This document shows positions 46,869 to 56,378 of a DNA stretch of 56,378 nucleotides, piece after piece. The position numbers and the translations under genes are program-made. The first letter of the stretch is position 1. Each line of letters begins with the position of its first letter. Source of the DNA: Gracilinanus agilis (taxonomy: Eukaryota); the NCBI RefSeq assembly GCF_016433145.1, contig NC_058134.1, forward strand, positions 218,056,960-218,113,337, written 5' to 3'. The notes below the pieces were generated by a model. That model was not told where the DNA came from and ran no database searches. It was given only the letters and a program-made list of their open reading frames with translations.

Positions 46869-49800
46869 GACGCCTGGCTTTTGGCCAGCTGCTATCTGAC
46901 TTGACTCCTGGGACCCTCTCAACTAGGTAAGAAGAAAGAGAAGAATCAATGAGTGGGAGTAGGGAGGTAGTTAAGCATACAGAGAGGCCAGATCCGATTT
47001 TAATTTGAGACAAGAAGAGCCAGGAAAAGCAGGAAAGTGGGAGAGGGAGGGAAAGGTGAAGAGGCAGAGGGAAAGAGGGAGGAGCGGTCAGAGTCCAATA
47101 AAAACACTTTGCAGCAAACAACCAGCTACAATGAATTCAGAATACTGACTAAGCAAAGTTGCCCTGTCCCGTCTGACTGGCCTCATCAAGAGATTATGGG
47201 GATCATCATTCCTTGCAAGCAGAGGAGTCAGGACACATTGGCATTGCCTGGGGCAGATCCCAGGCTCCCAGCTCGAAGGGTCACCTAGTCCAACCTCTTC
47301 ATTTAGAAAATGGATGCCCAGAAGCTAAAGTAACTTGCCTGAGATCACACAGAAAGTAATTGGCAGAGGCAGGATCTGAATTCAGGTCCGGATCCCAAAT
47401 TCAACAATCATTTCCCTAGTGCTACAGCCCTACCACTTTTGATAAAAAGTGCTTCTCAGTGCCTTAATGGCAGGAGATGTGGGCATGATCCCTCCAGGCA
47501 CAGGTGCTCCTCAAAAGAGTGCTATCCATTCCTTATGATTTCCTTGGCATGCCTCAGGGGAGATGAGACTCAAGAGTCCAGAGTAGGGAAATGACTTGCC
47601 CAAAGCTATGCAGAAATTTCTTCATAGAGATGGGGCTAGACTGGCCATCACAGTCTAAGTTAGACACAGAATGAACCAGCTTTGCCCATGTCTTCTCGAA
47701 TGCCCCCTACTGTCATCCACCTATGGACTATGGGCAAATCATTGCTTTCTGTGAATGAGGCGGGTCTAAAGGGTCTAAATTGTTCCCAAGGTCCCTCCTA
47801 GTTCTGAGGTTCTATACCTAAGTTTCTCATCCTTCCCTGCTGACAGTCTATGTTCTGGGGTTCCTCCCAGCTCTGATATTTTATGTTCTGATGACCCTCC
47901 CAGCACAATTCAATTAAATTCCTCAAGAATCTATTGAAAGCCTACTCGGTGCCATATGAGAAGTAGGATGACATAATGGATAAATACTAAGAGTAATCGA
48001 TTAGAGGAAGACCTCCATTTGGGGTCTTTTCTCTGTCTCATACTACTAGCTCAGGGACCCTGGGCACATCACTTAATTTCTTATTGCTCCCAAGCGACTT
48101 TCTAAGACTACCAGATGCAGAGCAAGTATAGATAATAATAAACAGTTAACATACATAGAGCACATTTACAAATATTATCTCAGTTGATCTTCACAATGAC
48201 CTGAAGAGGTAGGAGGCATTATTATTCCCATTTTAAAGATGAGAAAACTGAAGCAAACAAGAGGTAAAGTGACTAGATCTGAAGCAGTTGAGAAATTTTC
48301 TCAGAAAGAATTCCCTACATGAAAGAAATCACAAGTCCAGTAAAAAGGGAAGGGAAGGAGAGCAGAAAAAGAGACTGCCAACACTGCGGAAGAATGAACA
48401 CTCAATGACTTTAGAGCTAGCAGCTCTGGGTTCAAATCCTGCCAGCTCTGGACTTCTTATCAGGGTCTGAATACTAAAATGAATAAAGTCAGGGCCAGGC
48501 GGGAGGCTTGACAAAGCTCCGATTTATTATGCCAAAGAGTTCGATTTTTAGAGATATTTCTGCTGTCTTGTGTCGTTACATCACCTCATTATCCACAAAA
48601 TAGTGTTTAAGAAAAGGAAGTTCCAGGAGCCCAAATATTTCAAGGGTCCTCCAGAAATCCAAGCAATCCAGGGGCCAGAGTTCATCCCAGATAGCTACTT
48701 CTTGCTTTTGTAAATGGGTCTAGCTTTGTACCTGGCCTTTGGCAGTGTAAGGAAATGTCTGTCCAAGACTTATTCATGGTTCCTTCCTCACTAGGTCATA
48801 CTGACTCCAATGAAAACTCAAAATCCTGCCTCTTTTACTTAATATCTATGTGACCTAGGCTAAGTCACTTCAGTCACCACAACTGTTTGAGTCTCAAACT
48901 CCCCTTGGAAAAATGAGAGACTTTGATCAGGATGAGTGCTGCAGTTCCTTTAAGTTCTATATCTAGGATCATCCTATGAACTCTGCTCAGATTGGCTCAG
49001 AGAATTTAAGGAATTTGCTAGGTGTGCATAGAACTAAGTGTCTAAAGGCAGGATTCAAACTCAGTTCTCCCTGATCAGGGTCTACCACTCCATGCGAGGC
49101 ACTGAGGATACCAAGACCAAACAAAAACCCCAAACAAATCCAATAATCATAGTCTCTGTACTGAAGGGGTTTACATTCCATTCAGAAGGATGTGTGTGTA
49201 TTATATATATGTGTGTGAGTGTGTGAGTGTGAGTGTATGGGGTGTATGTATATGTACATAGACATATATGTAGGTAAGTGGGTATGATTAAATATCATTA
49301 AAAAAAGTGGACCTACGATTTCTGTGGTATGGGGAACTCCTTGTGACAAGGCTCCCTCTAGCAAATACATACCTGGGCCTGCTCAAATACAAACAACATT
49401 CCAAGGAAATTCAAAGGTGTTTTTTGGGAGAGAGAGGAAATCATGGGAGAGATGGTACCTGGGCTGCCTCCTCCATGTTTAAGCTCTTCAGTCAGCTCCT
49501 TCTCCCTGCCTAGATGGACTCTCTGGAAGTCTATGCTCTGATCCCTGCTCTTCAGTTAAAGATGGTCTGGGATGATTGGTCTAAACTTAGCCAACACCTC
49601 CTACCCGCCCAGCTATATTCATCTTCTGCTTCCTACTCAAAAAGTAGGTAAAGGAGTAAGGGAGTGAGAGAGCCAGGACTTGGGATCTAGGGCGGTGGAT
49701 TTCAAAGCCACCATCCAGAATATACCAGTTGCTGTTTTTTTGTTTGGTTGGGTTCGAGTTTTTTTTTTTGCTTTGTTTTGTTTTTAAATTTCTGAGGGAG

Positions 49801-51089
49801 TGAAGCAGATCATAGAGATAAAGAACTTGAGAGCTAGTCTAGCACTGAAATCAGGGAGGCTGACCCATAAGAGAAAATTGAGGACAAAGAGAAGAGGATC
49901 AATTCAAATATGCATGCATAGTAAGGAACAGAGCTAAAATGGGAATTTAGGTCTCCTGATTCCAAGCTCTGGTTGGTGTGTCCTAGACTCTTCCAGTCCT
50001 CAATCTTGAATCTATAACCTAGAATCCAAGAGCCAGAGATGAACAGGATCTCAGAGGATATGTAATCCCATTTTACAGAAGAGGAAACTGAGGCCCTGAG
50101 GAGGAAGAGAGTTGCCCAGAGTTCCACAACTACAGTAGTAGGTACAGAGAATTAGAGGTGGAAGTCACTTTTGAGGTGATGGTCTCATAACTTAACCCCC
50201 TCATTTTACAAATGAGAAAACTGATGCCCAGGGAGGAGAGCCTGGATTCCAACATGGACTTCCTGAGCCTGCATCCTTCCTCAGCTATCACAGAAGGGGC
50301 TCATGTAGCACGGAGCTACAGGCTGACCCTCCTTCAGGAGGAAATCCTAATCCCTGGGACTAAGGAGGGGGCCCCAGGGTGGTAAAGGGCTGAGAAGGGT
50401 TAAAGACTTTCCTGGAGTGATAGGATTTCTTAGTCCCAAATGTTCCTTAGAGAGCCTCTAGTCAAAGTCTCCGTTTTACAGGGGTGACAAAGCTGAGTCC
50501 CGGTTCGGTCACCCGATTTGCCCAAAGGTCATAGCGCTCCAGTGAAGGAGCAGAGGTAATTTGCAAACCTGGCCAGGGCTTCGGTTTCCAAAGTCAGAGC
50601 TCCCGGTCCTAATGGCTGCCTCCCTCATCCCTGGGAGTCCGGGACCCTGTGCAAACAAACCCCCACACCACCATTCTGGGTTTAGACCCAAGGTGTACCC
50701 AGTTACCCTCCAAACAGCCACCAAAGCACATGGGCGCTGGGTCCTTCGGCGCTCCGGGCTTCCGGTTTCTCCCCCAAGGCCGGCTGGGTTCGGCTGGGGG
50801 AAGGGAATCCTCTATTACGCTGCACCCCAGTACTCTCAGGTCCATTTATCGCCTGCACACCACAGTCGGCCCCGGAGAAGTGCCCGAGCCCCGGGGCGCT
50901 CCGATCCCCTGCGGGCCGGAGGTGCTGGGGCTGGGCACCTTGGACAGGGGTGTAGGATAGGTGTCTTCCTCGCCAGAGACAGGGGCCAAAGGAATGGACG
51001 GCTGACTGGAGAGAGGGGATGGGGGACATCTGGGGGTCTAAGAGGACGTGGGGGGCCCAGCACCCACACACACACACCTCTTCACTCAC

Positions 51090-51200
51090 CACGGCAGTGC
51101 CGGCCCAGGCTGGTGACTTCTCCGCCCCTTCCTCTACGACGCGGACGCCGATGGGCAGGGCCCGAAGCGCAGGAAGGAGGGGCCCTAGAGCTGGGCACGC
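51090..51200 (-). other. MPST: Candidate non-coding MPST first exon (3' end at donor GTG|GTGAGT, 51089)
   Basis: Consensus donor inside the CpG island on the MPST strand; no ATG nearby; 5' boundary is a guess. Confidence 0.4.
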
Positions 51201-51454
51201 AGCGGGAGAAGGGAGGCTGGGCTAGCGGCCCAAACTGGGGCTTCCCTTTTTGAATGGGCTAACTTTATTGAAGCGAAGAGGAAGGCCGGCCCGCGTGGGG
51301 AGGGCTGAGCACTGGCTTATCTGGCGGCTGGAGCCCACAGGGGCTAGAAGCGAACTGGCCCAGGGACAAATGGGGAGGGACTGGAGGATGTCCGGGATCT
51401 GTCAAGGGACTGTCAGGGGCACCTGGAGGATAATTCACCACCACCTCCTCCTTT

Positions 51455-51580
51455 GGACCAGAGAGAAAATCGAGGCAGAGGACGGAAAGGATTTTGCCCC
51501 AAGTCACCCAGCTAGGAGCCGACTGGAGCAAGATCTCCAGGCTAGGTTCAGCCATTCTGGTCCAGAGCTCTGGCCCCAGC
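51455..51580 (-). mobile_element. MIR relic between the MPST and TST promoters
   Basis: CORE motif ctagctgggtgacttggggcaaa...ctctgcctcgattttctc on the minus strand. Confidence 0.55.
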
Positions 51581-52569
51581 TCCCAACTATCTCTCCAGAG
51601 GGCCAGTGATGGGGAGGAGTTAAAGGATGGGGGAAGGGGGAAGGGGAGCAGAGAGGGAGGGCCTGGCCACAGTCAAGGTCCAAAATTCCCTACCCTTCCC
51701 CCACCTTCACCTTCCTGCCCCTCTTGCCTAAGCTAATCTCTCAGAGTGGTTTCTGGTAATTGGAGCATTGGATCCTGGCGCAAGGTCATATGTGTCCCAC
51801 CAGACTGCGGGTTACCTAGAGGGCGGAGCTTTGTAGTCAGGAGGGCTTGCAGGGATTAGGGAGAGATGCAATGATCTCTCCCCCTTGCTGCTGGGGGCGC
51901 TTAGGAGAGGGGGCTGGGCCTGCCTCCCTTAGGAGATCTTTGTTTCGGGGCCTGGCTGCAGCTCTCTCCTGGCCAGGGCCCCAGAATGTGGTTCAGCTTT
52001 TTACTGATTTCTCTTAGTAACTAACTGCTCCCTTTAGATTTGAATGAATCTCCCCCTCCCCCAGCCCTTCAGCTGGGATGCTTTCTTCCTCCTTTTACAA
52101 ATGAGGAAACTGAGGCTCAGGGAGGAGAGCCAAGACTGAAACTTGGACCCCCTGAAGCCTTCTATCACAGGAGGGGTCCCTGGTGCCAGTCCCAAGATCT
52201 AGGATCCTCCAAGTCACTCAGGTAGGGGAGGAGGGGGGTGAAACCCAGACAACCCCGCTACAAGTACCTAGGTTCGCACGAAGGAAAAGCCCAGCCCCAG
52301 CCAAGCCAAATTCAGCCCCTTTAACCCTCAAGGGGCCCCAAGCCCCAAAGCAACCGCCGGGGATTGGCTGCCAAGGTGGGAGGGGTCAGCCTTGGAATAA
52401 AGGCGAGGGCCAAGCCTGAGGAGGGAAGGCCACTTTCCCGCTGCTCAGGGTCCGGGCTGGGTGGCTAGGAAGGGACGGGGTAATCCCCCCCCCTCCAGGT
52501 CCCGCCCTCTCCCCGCCCCCCGTTCTCTGGCATTCTCCCTCTTCTCCCAGCTGTCTGTCATTCCTCTCT

Positions 52570-52618
52570 AGTGTTCCTGCTTCTCTGTCCTCCAGGAGAA
52601 CCTCTCTGGGCTCCCGCC
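52570..52618 (+). other. TST: TST polypyrimidine tract, 3' splice site (AG 52594-52595) and short 5' UTR segment
   Basis: ttcctgcttctctgtcctccag|gagaacc... implies an upstream non-coding exon, which I could not fix. Confidence 0.7.
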
Positions 52619-53216
52619 ATGGTGCAACAACAGGTGCTCTATCGGGCTCTGGTGTCCTCCAAGTGGCTGGCGGAGTCGATCCGCGCACGGAAAGTGGGCC
52701 CGAGTCTGCGGGTGCTCGACGTGTCCTGGTACCCTCCTCTGCAGCGCAATGCTCAACAAGAATACCGGGAGCGCCACATCCCAGGTGCCTCCTTTTTCAA
52801 CATCGAAGAGTGCCGCGACCAGAAGTCTCCTTACGAGATGATGCTGCCCAGCGAGGAAGCCTTCGCCAGCTATGTGGGCCGCCTGGGCGTCAGCAACAAC
52901 ACGCATGTGGTGGTGTACGACGGCGACGACTTGGGCAGCTTCTATGGCCCGAGAGCCTGGTGGATGTTCCGGGTGTTTGGCCACCGCACGGTGTCCGTGC
53001 TCAACGGGGGCTTCCGGAACTGGCTTCAGGAGGGGCACCCCGTGACAGCAGAACCCACGAACCCGGAGCCCGCGGTCTTCAAAGCCACATTGGACAAGTC
53101 CCTGCTTAAGACCTATGAACAAATGCTGGAAAACCTCCAGAGCAAGCGCTTCCAGATGGTTGACTCCCGGGCCCGGGGGAGGTACCTGGGGACAGAGGCA
53201 GAACCTGACAGCAAAG
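52619..53216 (+). CDS. TST: TST (thiosulfate sulfurtransferase, rhodanese) first coding exon
   Basis: Kozak cccgccATGG; [22 protein letters not shown]...[16 protein letters not shown]...[10 protein letters not shown]...[10 protein letters not shown]; donor G|GTAAGC at 53217, phase 1 like MPST. The C-terminal exon is outside the window. Confidence 0.96.
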
Positions 53217-54079
53217 GTAAGCTCGGGCCGGGCTTCCAAGGCTAGCTTGGGGCCTCTCAGTCGTTGACTGGGCATCCCCCAGATGCACCTGCAAGAGTTG
53301 TACTGGCTGCTCAGGTTTAGTGGCTCCTGGAGTCTCAAACGAAACGAGCCTGGAGAGCAGCGGAGACTCCTGGCTTCTTCCATGTTACAGGCAGAAAGGG
53401 GAGGTTCAGAGGGGTCAGGGTTGCAAAATGCCTTTGCCAGGATTTAAATCCGGGTCTTCTAACTCCCAAACCACTTCTCTCCCTGGCTATGATGCTTCTC
53501 AGTTATCATAGGCTCACAGAAACATCCAGGCTAACCTATTTATTTGATAATTTGGGCAACAGAGGTCCACCCAGTTGAAATCACTTAGTCAAGAACCTTT
53601 GAATTGAAGTCCTTGGCTTTCACCCACTACACCATGATTGTTTCTCATTGATTCTAATTTCATAGGCCTTTGAAGTTAGAAGTTGTCTTGGGTCACCTCT
53701 TACAGCCTCTTCATTTTACAGAGGAAAGGGAAAGAGGCCCAGGGACACCAAGTAACTTGCTGAAGTGATACAGAGAGTGAGTGAAAGGACTTGGACCTCT
53801 GGGAGGGTCTGGGAGCCTGCTCCACTAACCTGTTCCATTCACCCCACTCCCCTCCTCTTTCTACCCACACCACGGTAAACACAGCTCTCTGCTCAGCAAC
53901 AGTGGCATGCAAATGGGGCCCAGGTTTCCAACAACTGACTTTTATTGAGGACCTATTGACCACAGTATTCCACTGAAGCCCTCCTCTGATGCCTCATTGT
54001 GGTGTACCCATAGCCCTCACTTTCCCAAGGTTTTCCAGGGCTTCCCAAGCTCTGGCTGACCCTATCAAACCAAAAAGAT

Positions 54080-54268
54080 TTTTTTTTAAACCCTTACCTT
54101 CCATCTTGGAGTCAATATTGTGTATTGGCTCCAAGGCAGAAGAGTGGTAAGGGTAGGCAATGGGGGTCAAGTGACTTGCCCAGGGTCACACAGCTGGGAA
54201 GTGTCTAAGGCCAGACTTGAACCTCTCTAGGCCTGGCTCTCCATCCACTGAGCTACCCAGCTGCCCCT
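54080..54268 (-). mobile_element. SINE1-type SINE in TST intron
   Basis: Family pattern with an aaa(a/t)agattttt flank duplication; further plus-strand copies at ~55060-55170 and 55572-55770. Confidence 0.85.
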
Positions 54269-54622
54269 AAATAGATTTTTCGATAGACTGAGTTTGTGTC
54301 CAAGGATCAGCCTCCTAAATTCAGGGTGGTTTCCTATCAAGTTGGCCACAGGGGGTCAATTCCATTTTAACTATTTAAAAAGTATAAACTTTAAGCGCCA
54401 TCAAATAAAAAGAACAAAGAGGGCATTCATTTATTGTGTATGAAGCAGGATACTGGATTTCTCCAACATGGCTATCCTCTCCCAAGTTGTAAAGGAGTTA
54501 CAATTTGAATGAATAGAGGTAAGACCCACACTGACAATTACAAATCCTTGTAGTATTGAATTTTGCACTCTGCTAAGTTTTGGGGAAGAAACAAGATCTT
54601 TCCTTACCTTCATGGTTTAGAG

Positions 54623-54927
54623 CAGTGATGGTGAACCTTTTAGAACTTCTTAGAGACTGTGTGCTGTGCCCTGCCTTGCCCCCTCACTGCCCTACCTGAG
54701 ACAGAGGAGGGAGAAAGGGAGGGGAGTAGTCCAGGTGCTCCCCTCAGGGGAAGGAGTAAGCACGTCAATTGGGCTGCTGGGCAGAGGGGCTGGGAGACTT
54801 GGTGGAGAGGGGGAAAGGAACAGCTTCTTGGCATCCCTTTGCCTTTCTAGTAACTAACTCTGGTGGGTAGCCAGAGTGGTCATTGCATGCCATCATTGAC
54901 ATGCATTCCATAAGTTCACCATCACAG
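54623..54927. mobile_element. Non-autonomous hAT DNA transposon (MITE) in TST intron
   Basis: TIRs cagtgatggtgaacct / aagttcaccatcacag; degenerate 8-bp TSD gtttagag / gcttagca. Confidence 0.8.
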
Positions 54928-56336
54928 GCTTAGCATCTTATGCTCATAGTAATACTATATTATACTTTAATACATACATGTCAGAAAAGTGCAAATAGAG
55001 TGTCAGTATGAATTAGGGTTGTTGGGGAGACTTCCTAGAGGAAAGGGTATTATTATGAGGGGCAACTAGGTGGCTCAGTGGATGAAGAGCCAGGATTAGA
55101 GTCAGGAGGACCTAAGTTCAAATCTGACCTCAGATATTTCCTAGCTGGGTGACCCTGGGCAAGTCACTTAACTGCTAGCCCTTACCACAAGGGAAAGGGA
55201 ATATACGAATTGAACTTTAGAGGATGAATACAGAATACAAAGGTAGGAGAGTGGTGGCAACACTATGAGCAAAGCCAAAGAAGCAGGAAGGGGCAGGAGA
55301 TTTATTGGGGTGGCGGATGTTGAATGCTCTGATTTGATTAGAAAATAGAATATATGAAGGAAAATAGTATGAATGAAGTAGGGAGGTGATAGCTTGACCC
55401 TGGGCAAGTTTATCTTTCAAATGTATGCCTTTCTGAACCTCATTTCCCATATCTATAAAATGAATCAGGCTAGAGGGCTACTAGCTAATATGAATCTATG
55501 ATCCTCTGGTGGATGGAAGACTTTGAATGTCCAGCTAAGGAGTATGAACTTGAAACTTGGTAGGTGTCAAGAGTAGCTAGGTGACTCGGTGGATTGAGAG
55601 CTAGATCTAGAGACAGTAGGTCCTGGGTTCAAATCTAGCCCCAGACACTTCCTAACTGTTTGACCCTGGGCAAGTCACAATATCCCCATGAACTAGCTCT
55701 TACTACTCTTCTGCCTTGGAACCAATACATAGTATCTATTCTGAGACAGAAGATAAGGGTTAAAAAAAGGGGAGGGGGGGAAGAAACTACTTAGGTTGAA
55801 GAACCTTTTAATGTGTATGAAAGGTTTGGACTTGATTGCCTTGAAAGTTCCTGGTCTCCTACAGCTCTAAACTGAGGTCTGGAAAGCCTGATGGACTTAG
55901 AAAAGTGAGCAATGAAATCATGATTTGAACCTATGTCCTCTATCTCCAAGCCCAGAGCTCTTTCCCGTGGAAGTAATCTGAAGATCTCCTATCTCTCCCT
56001 TCCCCCCTCCCCTAACAAAACACTCTCCAGCACTTCTGGAAGTCTGCATACCCCAGCTTCTCCCCCACCCTAGACTAAAAAATCCAGTCCAACTGAGCCC
56101 TGTAATTGGAGAGAGTTATTTTTTGCTGTTGGAACATGTCCAGTGCTTCTCTCTTACCTAGAATGAAAACTTGTTTGGATCTCTAATCGTTTTTTTTCTC
56201 CCTCCCTCAACCCTCTTTCCAAAAAGCTTGGGAATACATAAATGCACTGCACCCCCTATACATTCCCTTGTCCTGAGCTTAAACCAAGGAGTGAACCAAA
56301 GTTTTGCAAAAGGAAGGATCCAAAAGAATTATGCCC

Positions 56337-56338
<2 letters not shown>

Positions 56339-56378
<40 letters not shown>
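56339..56378. repeat. (CT)n microsatellite at window end
   Basis: Direct reading. Confidence 0.95.

Larger units (their letters stand above)
50700..52600. promoter_or_regulatory. Divergent MPST/TST promoter region
   Basis: CpG-rich block 50700-51320 between head-to-head genes; GC boxes (tccgcccc 51121, gggcgg ~51822, cccgccc 52501); ETS core CCGGAAG on the minus strand at 50759-50765. Confidence 0.75.

Noticed and set aside
51265-51555. ORF starting MAEPS..., like the human long MPST isoform start MAEPG
   Set aside because: The ATG lies inside a MIR relic, similarity stops after four residues, and no suitable donor follows.
52571-52618. GTG-initiated N-terminal extension of TST in the ORF track
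   Set aside because: It runs through the polypyrimidine tract and 3' splice site; the real start is the Kozak ATG at 52619.
46283-53216. Recent gene conversion between the inverted TST and MPST exons
   Set aside because: Even the most conserved blocks (WWMFRVFGH) differ at most third-codon positions.
52568-53383. 271-aa antisense ORF over TST (and similar ones over MPST at 46402-46904)
   Set aside because: Shadow frames of GC-rich coding exons; no independent signals.

Overview
Mammalian genomic DNA, very probably a didelphid marsupial (opossum-like). The repeat content is dominated by SINE1_Mdo-type and MAR1-type CORE-SINEs, MIR, L1, L2 and CR1 relics; family names are recalled, not searched. 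Three protein-coding genes are supported by translation and GT-AG splice sites. KCTD17 lies on the minus strand (coding exons 1-4; the gene continues off the left edge). MPST lies on the minus strand and is complete (two coding exons, 294 aa). TST/rhodanese lies on the plus strand (first coding exon only). TST and MPST are head-to-head around a shared GC-rich promoter region, the same order as human 22q12.3. The ~27 kb MPST-KCTD17 interval holds L1 fragments, nested and inverted young SINEs, a deleted LTR-internal-LTR retroelement plus a solo LTR, and several non-repeat islands with splice-like signals that I could not assign. There are four N-gaps. I found no convincing wholly new gene system. 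The best leads are an Ala at the conserved active-site-proximal Ser of MPST (YDGAW), a 2-nt shift that turns the KCTD17 first ATG into an overlapping uORF, an AUG-less MPST N-terminal extension, and LTRs that carry the same ACTAYRnnnCCCR (ZNF143/THAP11-type) motif as the KCTD17 promoter.
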